A stretch of 34,634 nucleotides of DNA from Stramenopiles sp. TOSAG23-6 (GCA_900128565.1 LT635951.1:1-34634); one strand, 5' to 3'; positions 22,002 to 32,127 are shown, counted from the stretch's first letter. Notes: a model not told the origin generated them from the letters alone. Numbers and translations: made by a program.

Positions 22002-23116
22002 ATGCCAAACTTTGAACTTGATGATGCAGATATGTTTGCTCGTTGGTTACTTGAACAAGGCATGCATTTAACAGCCCTTGAATTGCATCAGGAGTTACTA
22101 CTTAACCACCAAGCAAGTATACCTGTGCTCGAGTCGTTCATGCGCGGAGATGTTTTGGGTGATCATTTAAGCAAAGAGGTAAGAGCTGCATCAATAGATA
22201 GTATGATATTATCCACAAATACGAGTCCCTTTGAGCACGGCGGTATAATGGATATAATCCAGACTCGCGATGATAAAATAGCGTTGTTGGAATATGAATT
22301 GAGGTGTTCGCGGGAAGACCTCTCAGCCATGCGAGGTCGTGTTCGCGCGTTTTCTGAAGCAGCTTTAGATGGCACAGAATCATATATTAATAATAGAAAG
22401 GATAATACGGTACAACAATCCACAAATTACAAAAATCCATTTAGCAAAAGTCAAATTTCTAATAAAGTTTCTTCAGACTCGAAAAATCCTTTTTCTTCAC
22501 ACAACTCAAGTCAGTCTTCTGGTCAACATAGTGCTGATAATAAAGACATGACAAGACAAGAACGTAATATTCTTAATTGTATTGTTAAAAGGTACCTCGA
22601 GAACTCAGGCTATAAATTATCGTGTCTCACTTTTAGTGAAGAAGTAAATGATCAAGATTTAGATGATTTAGAGTCTTTAGGACTTTCAAGTGGAAATCGA
22701 GCTGATCTTGTGTCTTTATATAGAGGCAGAATAGACCCAATAAGAGATGCTTTATCTCTTCAAGTAGATCTCAACAGAGAAAGAAGATTATCCGCAAAAT
22801 TAAAAGCGTCATCGACTGCAGCCATCAACGAAGCAGAAGAATCTCGAGAATTTCATGCTAAACTTAGTAAAAAATTCCAAGTTATATTAGACGAAACCTC
22901 TCAGCACAAAGAAAAAATAGCGGAAATGACTAAACAGAATGAAAATTTGAAGGAAATGATCTCTTCATTACGGGATGAGTTAGATTTGGCACGTGTATGT
23001 TTTATAATGAATTTCTAATTTAATTGTTTTTTCATACGAAATTTCGTACCTAACGATTTTTTTTGAAATATTTTTTCACAATACATGTCTTCCTCTTGAA
23101 ATTTATAAAGACTTGA
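22002..23116 (+). CDS. RELCH: RELCH/KIAA1468-like protein, LisH/coiled-coil N-terminal part only; 3' structure uncertain
   Basis: ARWLLEQGMHLTALELHQELL, DDKIALLEYELR and ERNILNCIVKRYLENSGYKLSCLTFSEEVNDQDLD match the RELCH N-terminus. Removing copy 9 by the family rule gives a stop after 9 codons; no HEAT-repeat region follows. Confidence 0.7.
22995..23086 (+). other. non-canonical intron / introner-like element, copy 9 (92 nt, flanks GT/AT mismatched)
   Basis: cgt|GTATGT...CATACGAAATTTCGTACCTAAC...CACAATAC-AT|gtc. The only copy whose flanking dinucleotides differ. Confidence 0.85.
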
Positions 23117-23451
23117 CCTTGCCCTCAACTTGGTTAAAATGGTATCAGTTATGCACGAAATCTGAAAAGGTGACTATATTGGATATGATATGGCGTGAGT
23201 GTACTGCCGAAGAGCACAATTTCATCATTGTTGATCTCCAGGCATTTTTTAGTGTAACAGGGTCTACAAAAAAATCAGTTGTTCAAAGGAAAAACATGAA
23301 ATTGAAAAATCCAAAAGTTCTTTCAAAAAAAGAAGTTATCGTGCCATGCAGCAACCCTAACCCTAATCCAAAAGTTCTTTCAAAAAAAGAAGTTATCGTG
23401 CCATGCAGCAACCCTAAGGAGAAATCTAATAAAATTAACTCAAATAGATGA
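23086..23451 (+). CDS. orphan open frame, probably the 3' exon of a gene
   Basis: The frame is open from the element end (CLPLEIYKDLTLPSTWLKWYQ...) for about 120 codons with no nearby ATG. It is out of phase with RELCH under the family rule. Confidence 0.45.
   Translation, partial: CLPLEIYKDLTLPSTWLKWYQLCTKSEKVTILDMIWRECTAEEHNFIIVDLQAFFSVTGSTKKSVVQRKNMKLKNPKVLSKKEVIVPCSNPNPNPKVLSKKEVIVPCSNPKEKSNKINSNR
23308..23417 (+). repeat. 53-nt direct duplication (period 57)
   Basis: AATCCAAAAGTTCTTTCAAAAAAAGAAGTTATCGTGCCATGCAGCAACCCTAA at 23308 and 23365. Confidence 0.92.
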
Positions 23452-23661
23452 TTGGAAGGGTTACAAAGAAATTTTAATTTGAGTTTTAATTTGAGTTTTG
23501 TGTAAGTTGAATAATTTTATAACAGTTTTCAACATAAAAACAAAGAAAATATTCCTGATAATTTTGTGTTGAAGCTCTCAAACGAAACAGATGATGCTGT
23601 AGTCTGTAATAGCGGAACTTCAAATAAATTTATAGTAAAGTAGCTATATATAGTATTGTTT

Positions 23662-24270
23662 CTATTGTACCACACAATTTTCTGACATGGCAGTGACAAG
23701 TGAATGACAACCATCACTAAATATTTTCTCCTGCTTTTCTTCATGTTTTTTGCATGGAACACTTTCTACACTCAAAATATTGCCAGTGCTGTTTTTGATT
23801 CTTTGATTTTTATTACAAAGGATATTTTCCCCAGCCTCGCGAGTTGAGTTATTCATATTATTGTTTGAAAATACAAGTTGTGTAGTTGAACTGTCTATAG
23901 TAGTTTGCCAGCGATGAAGCAGTTCTAATTCTTGGGACTTTGGTGAAAGTGAAGCAAGTGATATAGGAGAAGCCAAACGCTCACGTTTACGTACTCGGTG
24001 AATTAGTCGCTCAAGTCGGGTTTTGCGTCTTATTTCTGCTTCTTCATCAAAAGTGGAATTTTCTACTTGTTCAAAAAGTTCCGTCTCACTAGATGCACAA
24101 TAATCAAAATCTTCTATCTCTCTATCAGAATATGTAGGTCTATCAATATCATGTTTCGGAGTTCCTCCAGCTATCACTCCCTGATTCTCATCTAAATCAG
24201 GCAATGTTTTCGTAATTGTTGGAACAATATGTGGAACCTGAATATTCCCTGAAACTTCTCGAAGTGCCAT
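23662..24270 (-). CDS. hypothetical protein, about 202 aa, with a C-terminal CaaX motif
   Basis: ATG at 24270 in AAAATG context (MALREVSGN...); ends in CVVQ-stop. Confidence 0.7.
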   Translation of the reverse strand: MALREVSGNIQVPHIVPTITKTLPDLDENQGVIAGGTPKHDIDRPTYSDREIEDFDYCASSETELFEQVENSTFDEEAEIRRKTRLERLIHRVRKRERLASPISLASLSPKSQELELLHRWQTTIDSSTTQLVFSNNNMNNSTREAGENILCNKNQRIKNSTGNILSVESVPCKKHEEKQEKIFSDGCHSLVTAMSENCVVQ

Positions 24271-24351
24271 TTTGATTGAGAAGTCAAATATAATAATATT
24301 ATTACGCAGGAATAGACTAGAAGAAATAAAAAAATTTGATGTGTGGTGCGG

Positions 24352-24361
24352 TACCCGGTAC
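24352..24361 (+). promoter_or_regulatory. TACCCGGTAC candidate promoter element (copy 3)
   Basis: Exact 10-mer between divergent ATGs at 24270 (-) and 24518 (+). Confidence 0.55.
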
Positions 24362-24517
24362 TGTACTTTAAAAAAAAAAATCAATCTGAAATCGCGCGGA
24401 TGATGGACACTTGACTTGATGATGATATTTTATCCAATATAATATAATATTGTAGAGAGAAGAAGAAGAAGAAGAAAGAGCTAAAAAAAGCAACCAATAA
24501 TAAGTGCTTCCTTTAAA

Positions 24518-26428
24518 ATGAGCATAGCTGAAATTGACCCTCCTATAGATTGTTGTTTCATATTTGATAGAAGCCTTTCTCCTGAAGGAGAAAATGCAAG
24601 CATTTTGGAACAGTCTGCTCAGCTTTTGTTTTATACTCCCAAAGAGACACCTTTGAAGGACAAGTTAGGGCGAGTGAACCTTGCTGCAGGTTTTATAGAT
24701 TTCCATCGAACTTTTGCCGACTCTTCTGCTTGTATTCACACGGTGGAAACGTCAAATCTTTGTTGGGGCTTTTTAAAATCTGAGCCTGGTGTCTGGCTTG
24801 TAATGGTTTTACAAAAAACTTATTTTNTTAGTATCAGTCAATTTAGTAAAAACTCTGGAAGACTTTCTTATCGTTCAGACAAAACTGCGGATAATTCTTT
24901 AAAATCATTCATTGGAGGGTTAGGAATATCAGTGGCGAAATCTAGTGAAAGCCACAGTAAAAAAAAATCGCTTAGGACTAGTTCTGCCAACAGTCGTCGT
25001 GGGGCTGTTCTTGCCAAATCTGATGATGCAACAGAAACCAGATTTTCTCCTCGAATTCTCAGTGCAGTTTTGAAAAGTTTATATTCACGTTACACCCTTC
25101 TCCATGGAAGTATAACATCAGCCGTTCATGTTCCAAATATATTAAATAGTCAAGTAATTGCTCTGCAACGTTTACGGAAAATCGTTCGGAAAGCTAAAGA
25201 AGCAAAAAGTGCAGTTCTATTAGCAACTGCGACGAAAACGGAACAGCGAACCAAGCAAATTGAAAACTTACCATCTAAGATTAAGGAATTAGAAATAGCC
25301 GAAATGGCATCACCTCTAATACCACTTCGAAGTAGTTTATTTTCTTCATTTTGTTCAAGTATCAATGATTTAGTCTTCCCATTGCATTTTGTGCATGGGC
25401 TTTCAACATGCAAATACTTTTCACTGAACAGAGTGACATATTTAGCATCACAATATCTCATTTATCAAATGAAAACAACATTTACAAGTATAAAACACTA
25501 CGCATTCTTGTATGACCTCCATTTAGTACATAATGACGTACCTGATGTGTTTTTTGGTACTGAAACTGACAGTGAAACGTATAATACTATGAATATTTTA
25601 TATCATTATTTACACTCTCCATATTTAAAAAATTTAATACACCATGCCCAACAAATGTCATTACCGTTTCTATTAAATTCTAATGGACTTATTTACTCAC
25701 ATCCGGTGTTCCATCGTGAGCTATGTTCACCCAGTAAAATACCAAAGTATACGGAACTTGGTAATTTATTGATTTATCAGGAATCTCGCATAACTATAGT
25801 ACTTATTGTTGATAAGATGATTGATTTTAAAGTAAATAATAGAAATAGTGTTGACTTTTGTAACCAAATTACAAATTTCCTTAGAAAAGATACGAAGCAG
25901 CTAAATTCTATGATTGTTGATGAATTAGATAGACAAAGTCATCAACATTCTGCTCCATTTTCATCATTTATATCAGCAAATTCAGCCAATGCTTCTTTAG
26001 CTCATCATGGATTTCAGTCTCCTGAACTTGTTTCATTGATGCCACACCCAAAGAAAGACATAACAAAAAAGCCAGCTTACATATACTTTAGTGGTAGCAA
26101 TTGTGCTATTAAGATGGTCGGGTTTTCAACTCCGAAAAGTAGAAAAATAGATAATGGCAAATTAGTAACAATATCAATGAAGGATTTAAATTTAGGTATA
26201 AAGCAGTGGCAGTTTGAAGGGTTTGATGCAATATTTAATGGAATAAGTGAAGATTTAGTAGGAACCTATATAAAGATTGAAGGTACAGGTTGGATTATTT
26301 TTCGAATGTGTGGTAGACGTTTGTTATATACAGTTTTTGGTAAAGATAGTAAAACCGAGTCTCTTTATAATGCCGAAAAACAACTAATTAATTTATGCCA
26401 GAATTGTTTTTTGAATATATTCTTGTAA
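24518..26428 (+). CDS. CCZ1: vacuolar fusion protein CCZ1 (longin-domain subunit of the Mon1-Ccz1 Rab7 GEF)
   Basis: LLFYTPKETPLKDKLGRVNLAAGFIDFHRTF, SEPGVWLVMV, and C-terminal GWIIFRMCGRRLLYTVF...LCQNCFLNIFL. Intronless. Confidence 0.85.
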   Translation: MSIAEIDPPIDCCFIFDRSLSPEGENASILEQSAQLLFYTPKETPLKDKLGRVNLAAGFIDFHRTFADSSACIHTVETSNLCWGFLKSEPGVWLVMVLQKTYFXSISQFSKNSGRLSYRSDKTADNSLKSFIGGLGISVAKSSESHSKKKSLRTSSANSRRGAVLAKSDDATETRFSPRILSAVLKSLYSRYTLLHGSITSAVHVPNILNSQVIALQRLRKIVRKAKEAKSAVLLATATKTEQRTKQIENLPSKIKELEIAEMASPLIPLRSSLFSSFCSSINDLVFPLHFVHGLSTCKYFSLNRVTYLASQYLIYQMKTTFTSIKHYAFLYDLHLVHNDVPDVFFGTETDSETYNTMNILYHYLHSPYLKNLIHHAQQMSLPFLLNSNGLIYSHPVFHRELCSPSKIPKYTELGNLLIYQESRITIVLIVDKMIDFKVNNRNSVDFCNQITNFLRKDTKQLNSMIVDELDRQSHQHSAPFSSFISANSANASLAHHGFQSPELVSLMPHPKKDITKKPAYIYFSGSNCAIKMVGFSTPKSRKIDNGKLVTISMKDLNLGIKQWQFEGFDAIFNGISEDLVGTYIKIEGTGWIIFRMCGRRLLYTVFGKDSKTESLYNAEKQLINLCQNCFLNIFL

Positions 26429-26630
26429 TAATATAAAAAAGTGAATGCTTGTATTGTAGGTTTAAAATTTAACAATCAAAAGTTGTATATCATTAGAGAT
26501 TTTGAAGTAAATATATTTATTTCCATTGTGCAATTTTTATTTTCTATGTAAGAAACATTATCTGTACGTCTAATTAATAGTATAATTAAAAATATTATCA
26601 TGTCCTAAATTTCAATATTCATCATGAAGT

Positions 26631-27896
26631 TTACAGTTCATTTTCTTCATTCCAGTATGCTTCAGCTTCTTCATATATTTTGTTGACCATAGCTAGGCGT
26701 GTTGAATGCCCAGAAGTTGATTTAGACGGATCATGTAGCAAAAGTAATTGATTGTACCGTTCTTTTCGCGCTGCGGCATCTTCGGGCCATTCTTCAATCA
26801 GTGTTGTAGTCTCTATCGAGTCCCAATCACTAGCCATCACATCCGTTGATTTAAGTTTGATTTGAATTCCACTCTTTGCCATGTCTTTAAGCTCTTCTCC
26901 AGCAGATTTACCAATCATTGCAGTAAATATTGTGACTTCATCTTCGAGTATATCCCCACCAGCCATTGTAACAAGAACATCACTGTTATTCACTACTAAT
27001 ACCCCAATTGCTCCAGCAGCTTCCGCGTATTCAGATTTTTTTGTAAACGAACAACCTCCTCGCCAAATTAGAGCAACCTTACCTTTCAAGTCACTCGAGT
27101 TCGTCAACTCTTCACAACCATTCATTGGTTCAGAACGAACAAGTTCGACCGCATGTGTAGGATAGTTTGGAATAGGTCCACCAAATTCAGCTCGGAGATA
27201 TTCGAAACTGGAATTTTCTGCTGTTGTGAGGAGACCTCCGTCAGCAGAGAGCATTTCAACACCATCATAGTGGACTTTTTCATCTATGTTATGTTTATCA
27301 TTGTATTGCTGACTACATGGACCTGTCAGATATGTTCCTTCTTTAGACCACTTTTTAGCAACGACTGCGCCTAAGACAATTGTTTCTCTGGATAAAATTT
27401 TCTTTAGCGCCGAGCCTGCGGATTGTCGTATGGCCGTAACGGGAATTGTAATTTCCGGTTCATGTTCCTCAGTGACATTCATAAATGCTGCCGGTAAACG
27501 AGGAATAGCTTGATCGCTATTTATAAGTATCATACCAACAGCGCCGGCGGATTGTGCATAAAAAGCTTTGTCTGCAAAAGAACACTTCCCACGGTCTACA
27601 AGAAGGATCGCACCTGAGGCAACAGCAGGGTCTGGCTTTTCACAACAATTAACTGGCTCAGACATTCGAATTGGTTCGTACTTACAATGTAATGATGAAC
27701 CGAATAACGCCTTAACAAATTCATATGAACTTCCTCCACCAAGAAGCTCTATTGATCCCCATGCTTCACTGCGGTCCTTATTAGCAAGTGTACTAATACG
27801 TACAGCCGGGGTCTCTGCTTGTTCATTATCTTCAGCGGAAACAACCATATTTCGTCGCACAATAACAATTGCTAATAAATAGCTCAACTTTAACAT
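26631..27896 (-). CDS. secretory-pathway protein with two protease-associated (PA) domains
   Basis: N-terminal signal-like peptide; ILLVDRGKCSFADKAFYAQSAGAVGMILIN and VALIWRGGCSFTKKSEYAEAAGAIGVLVVN; KDEL-like C-terminus ENEL. Confidence 0.9.
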   Translation of the reverse strand: MLKLSYLLAIVIVRRNMVVSAEDNEQAETPAVRISTLANKDRSEAWGSIELLGGGSSYEFVKALFGSSLHCKYEPIRMSEPVNCCEKPDPAVASGAILLVDRGKCSFADKAFYAQSAGAVGMILINSDQAIPRLPAAFMNVTEEHEPEITIPVTAIRQSAGSALKKILSRETIVLGAVVAKKWSKEGTYLTGPCSQQYNDKHNIDEKVHYDGVEMLSADGGLLTTAENSSFEYLRAEFGGPIPNYPTHAVELVRSEPMNGCEELTNSSDLKGKVALIWRGGCSFTKKSEYAEAAGAIGVLVVNNSDVLVTMAGGDILEDEVTIFTAMIGKSAGEELKDMAKSGIQIKLKSTDVMASDWDSIETTTLIEEWPEDAAARKERYNQLLLLHDPSKSTSGHSTRLAMVNKIYEEAEAYWNEENEL

Positions 27897-28413
27897 TTTC
27901 TAGCAAGCCTTGTATATATTTATTAATTCTCTGTTGGGACTTTCAAGAAAAAGTAATTGGAGAAAATGAAATCTCTCTCAGAGTATCTTCTTCTATATTT
28001 ATCGAGGAAAAAAAACGTATCCTCTGGATTCCTCTCTCTCGAATTTCGAAATCTTCGATGGCGATAAGCAGGTTTGTAATTTTCACTGTCAAATTTGAAT
28101 TTTTTCGAAAAGCAAATTTGAAAATTCATTTCCAGATTCCCAAATTTTGTTACAGAATTTTGTACCAATCGGCAATAATTCAAATCATTCAAATCTGGCC
28201 ATAAAGCCAATTCTTTCAATTCAAACAAAAAAGAAAGTGAAGAGAGAATTTCTTCAAAACGACATTCATAATTTCGTTCTTTCAGATTTGTCCAACAAAT
28301 TTTCGCATTTGAAGCATTAGAAACTCAAATAGACAACAAAGTATCACTGTCGTTGATCCAGGTGGTTGAATTTGTTGTTTTTTGTGTTTGCATAACGATA
28401 GCTAATACTCAAT

Positions 28414-30168
28414 ATGTCTTCTGAAGTTCAAACTCCAATCTGCTCGAATACTTCTTGTCTCCACCAGTTGGTACTTCGAGATAACAATTCAAAAGTTGAA
28501 CCAAAGATCATTCATCTTCATAGTAGTGGGAAAAGTTCATTTAAAGTAAGTTATTGTTTTCATACAAATAATCATTTTTCTCCTTCATTCTTGTTTATCT
28601 TAAACTTTTTTTTATCTTCATTTGTTGTTACTTCGATTACACTTCGTTTCTGTACCTATTTTTTCAGATAATTTGTGTAACTTAACGAAGCAAGTAATTT
28701 TAAAAAAATTCATTCAATACAGCTTGGAAGGAGTCGGTCTTCAGCTGATGTTGTCTTTAGTTCTAAAGGAGGTCCCCTAATGATTTCTAGAGTTCACGCA
28801 ATACTTTCTCGGTCTAAAGCATCTGAAAAGATTTCCGAGAATAATACTTTAATTGGCAATAGTATCAACAGTTTAAATAGTAAATCATCACTGGAAGTTT
28901 CTAAGAGTACTGTATGGTGGAAGATTGAAGATAATAATAGTAGAAATGGTATGTTTGTCAACTCTATTAAGTTAGCTGAGGCGACTCTGTCTCATGGAGA
29001 CATAGTGACTTTTGGTGGGGGAGGCACTCTCCCTTACGGTACCCATAAAAACAACATTGAATCTGATTATCAGTATGTATTTTTAAAAGTTTGCTCTAAT
29101 CAAGATGAAGATAATATATCAACAAACGAATATAAGGAAAAGAATAGCAAGAAAAATATGTTTCAAAGAAATTCTTTCCCGACAACGGGCTCTTCAAGTC
29201 GTCGGAAGCGGCCACTTACTGAAAAGATTGATCTTTCCTCGAAGCGTCCTAGACTTGATACATCATGCATTGTTTCAAATACGATGAATATACATAAAAA
29301 ACATGAAATACCAATAACGAAGGAAGGTGATAACGCGATAGCTACAGGGATTTGCGGGGATGGAGTCTCACTAAATTCACAGAAAAATGTTGATTTATCA
29401 ACTAAAAGCACTGCATTAGTTCCTTTTTCTTCTGTGCTTCCCCAAGGTACTGTCAAAGTTAATTGTTTGCAAGAAGAATTGACGTGCCCGATATGTTTGG
29501 ATTATTTACTTCAAGCTCACACCCTAGGATGTGGTCATTCACTATGTATGCTTTCAAAATTGAATTTCAAATTTTTCAAATTTATTTATTTTCGTACCAA
29601 ATTTTGTACCTAACATTATTTTTTGGAAATATTTTTCCACAATATATGTGCTCCGTGTATTGTAAAAACGCTTGAAAACAAACGAGCTTGTCCTTGTTGT
29701 CGTGCACCAACAACCAAGCCACCTATACGTTCACGTGTTCTAGATAATGCAATTAACAAATTATTGAAACAAGAAGGATGCGAGTCAAAATATTCTGAGT
29801 ACCTACACCGATTAAAAAAATGGGAAAAAGATATCAGTTTGAGAAAAGCCCAAGCAAAACAATTGAAAAGAGTTATATGTAACGCAAAGCGAGAAGGAAA
29901 GCATTTCCTCTGTATCACTGATAAATGGACAAGTAATGAACAACAAGTTTTTCAAAAAGGTGTTGCTCTTTATCATGGTGTTGCTCGAGTTGTATACTGC
30001 AACACCACAAGTTTGACAGCAGAGTATATAGAAAGTGCTTCAAAAGAAGAATTAAAGCTCGCTAGTTTAAATGTCGGTGTGGTAAATAAGAAATCAGTAT
30101 CAACCTTAGATGCATCAACAATGCGATCATTGTTACACATGTTCAGATTATATGGTGGCCGTGAATAA
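28414..30168 (+). CDS. FHA + C3HC4 RING E3 ubiquitin ligase (RNF8/CHFR-like); join(28414-28545,28723-29545,29648-30168), about 491 aa
   Basis: FHA FK|LGRS...PLMISRVHA...IEDNNSRNGMFVN...LSHGDIVTFG; RING CPICLDYLLQAHTLGCGHSL|CAPC...CPCCR is complete only after removing copy 10. Confidence 0.92.
28546..28722 (+). other. canonical GT-AG spliceosomal intron (177 nt)
   Basis: aaa|GTAAGT...TAACTTAAC...TTCAATACAG|ctt. The in-frame join restores the FHA LGR motif. Confidence 0.85.
29546..29647 (+). other. non-canonical intron / introner-like element, copy 10 (102 nt, GT...AT)
   Basis: ctat|GTATGC...CGTACCAAATTTTGTACCTAAC...CCACAATAT-AT|gtgct. It has an in-frame stop, and the first downstream AG (29686) would delete two RING cysteines. 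Confidence 0.9.
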
Positions 30169-30307
30169 TAGTTGTTCTCTATGTGTAAAAGCTCGGGACA
30201 TTTTTATTGAGGCACTATTGACGATTTCAGTATTGAGTTTATAGTGAAAGAATAAAAATTGTATTTTACTTATTCCCACTCAGAACTAAACTTTTATTTA
30301 TTTATTA

Positions 30308-30730
30308 TTATAAGCCCTTTCTCTGTAGAAGAGCAGGTGATGTTGGTGGAGAGTCCTGCATTGCAGTACTGTGTAAGTTTCTTCCTGCGACTGCAGCAGC
30401 TGTTGGGGGATTTCGCAAAGAGTTGCCATTTTGGGTATTCGTGGTCCAATTCTGGTGGAATACCTCAACTGGTACACTATGTGTATCAACCCGTGAAAAT
30501 TGAGTTGGTTTATCATATATTTCGCTTGACGGGGCGCGTTTGCGTCTTGTTACATCAGTTTCTGGTGCATAAAAGTTTGGTTGTGACGGAGGATTCCAAG
30601 ACTGCTGACCTCCCCACACTTGCGTTGTATTACCCTGTGCAGCCGCTCTTCTGGCTGCAACAGCATCCATGTGTACTTGAAGTTTCCAGGCTTGCTCTGC
30701 AAGTGAAGTATGGCTTTTACCTGGATTCAT
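30308..30730 (-). CDS. hypothetical low-complexity protein, about 140 aa
   Basis: GC-richer island with an ATG-initiated ORF (MNPGKSHTSLAEQAWKLQ...). No recognisable domain. Confidence 0.55.
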   Translation of the reverse strand: MNPGKSHTSLAEQAWKLQVHMDAVAARRAAAQGNTTQVWGGQQSWNPPSQPNFYAPETDVTRRKRAPSSEIYDKPTQFSRVDTHSVPVEVFHQNWTTNTQNGNSLRNPPTAAAVAGRNLHSTAMQDSPPTSPALLQRKGL

Positions 30731-31253
30731 TGAACAACTATTCAATGAAATTTCACCGTGGATACTATTAGATTGTAGAGAGAGAAAGAAGAATAATTTA
30801 TAATCTTTGCTCTCTCTCTCTCTGTCCTGTTCCTGTGCTTAAATTTTTTTTTTGGTCTTTTTTTTTGGTCTTTTTTTTTGGGTTTTTGGTATTACAATTT
30901 GCGTTTACAGCCATAGATTACACATATTATTTTCTTTATACTAGCTAGGTCTAGACACTAAAAATTCAAAATTGTCCCAACCATGATGACTAGAACTTTT
31001 TATTTAACTATTAAAGTACGTGTAGTAATATATATAGAAAAACCGCGTAATATGAATTTATTGAAGAAAATTTTGCCTAATTCATCAAAAATGTAACTTC
31101 TACTTGATTGGATTCACTTACTACTAAAAAATCTATGACTATTCAATTTACTGATAAATATAAACCAAAATGTTAAACTTATTATCTTAGCACTATGTGT
31201 ATATATTGTACTCGAGATTCAAAAATGACACTAAAAAATTTCAGCCGTTGNCT

Positions 31254-31700
31254 TCAAGTTCTCAATACAGATTGTCCATTCTGTGACGCCGGAATACTCT
31301 TCACATAATCATCTAGTAATCTCGCAAAACGACTGGAAGTCACCTCACCGCCAGCATATAGTGGATTTTTTGCGACATTCTCTACATATATTTTACCATA
31401 AATATACTGAAGATTTGACTGCATATTTACATTTTCATTGCTAGAGTTTAGCACAAAGCGAAGTCCTGAAGGGGTGTGTAATAAATGCATTGTGTATTTA
31501 CTTGTACGAAGTGTGCGCATACCAGTTAGAGGTGGCACAGGCGCAATTTTTTCCACAAAATTTTTGAACGAAAATAGTAGACCATAAAGCATTTTTTTAT
31601 CCTGCTCAGGCTCATCACGAAACGCAAACTTGGGTCGATTCCATTCTTTGTAATAAAGACAATCTCCAAGTCGGTTAAAGATATAGAAATTGTACAGCAT
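31254..31700 (-). CDS. TRAPPC1: TRAPP complex subunit 1 (Bet5, sybindin family)
   Basis: MLYNFYIFNRLGDCLYYKEWNR...KMLYGLLFSFKNFVEKI...TSKYTMHLLHTPSGLRFVLNS...IYVENVAKNPL. Confidence 0.93.
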   Translation of the reverse strand: MLYNFYIFNRLGDCLYYKEWNRPKFAFRDEPEQDKKMLYGLLFSFKNFVEKIAPVPPLTGMRTLRTSKYTMHLLHTPSGLRFVLNSSNENVNMQSNLQYIYGKIYVENVAKNPLYAGGEVTSSRFARLLDDYVKSIPASQNGQSVLRT

Positions 31701-32127
31701 ACTTGAGCGCTGTATCCAAGCAATTTTATGACTTACACTAATTTGTAATGCTATTGATTATCATAGGCTCTATGATTATTACTAACAAGCTAGCTATTAA
31801 AAGTAGATAGGTTACCAGGTCGAAGCTACAGTGTGTGTATTAATAGTATTCACTTCAACTTCTTCAGGTAGGCTTCAGGTAGTACGTTTTATGATTGTCA
31901 AAATATTCATGACAAATCGCGATCGATCTGAAGTCAAGGATTTCGTGTCGTGTGTTTAATTTATGGACAGGTTTGCGCGCCGCTGGTGTCCTTTCTTCAC
32001 TTGTCAAAAAATCTGCCCAACGGCTACTTTTCAAGGAAACGGAAGTCAAAGTGATAGGTGGTCGTTACAGAACACCAACGGCAACTTGTTTTTATACTTG
32101 TTTTTATACATAAAAACAAGATTTACG

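Noticed and set aside
23353-23366. AACCCTAACCCTAA telomere-like repeat
   Set aside because: Only about two units, formed at the junction of a local 57-nt-period duplication inside an open frame (NPNPNP).
28090-28170. Possible degenerate element in the intergenic region (TACAGAATTTTGTACCAATC)
   Set aside because: Partial similarity to the core only, with no GTAYGT start or CACAATAY end. AT-rich chance similarity cannot be excluded.
2994-29647. Treating the interrupted genes as pseudogenes with MITE insertions
   Set aside because: All ten intact copies are sense to their hosts, carry donor- and branch-like motifs, and interrupt otherwise intact genes, including the normally essential RNase Z. 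Not formally excluded without RNA data.
30259-30771. 170-aa plus-strand ORF and other ORFs overlapping assigned genes on the opposite strand
   Set aside because: Non-ATG starts or shadow frames of better-supported genes; no recognisable motifs.
16938-31700. Apparent cluster of Rab/trafficking genes (TBC, RELCH, CCZ1, TRAPPC1)
   Set aside because: They are interspersed with unrelated genes, trafficking genes are numerous, and the region may include a chimeric junction near 23000.
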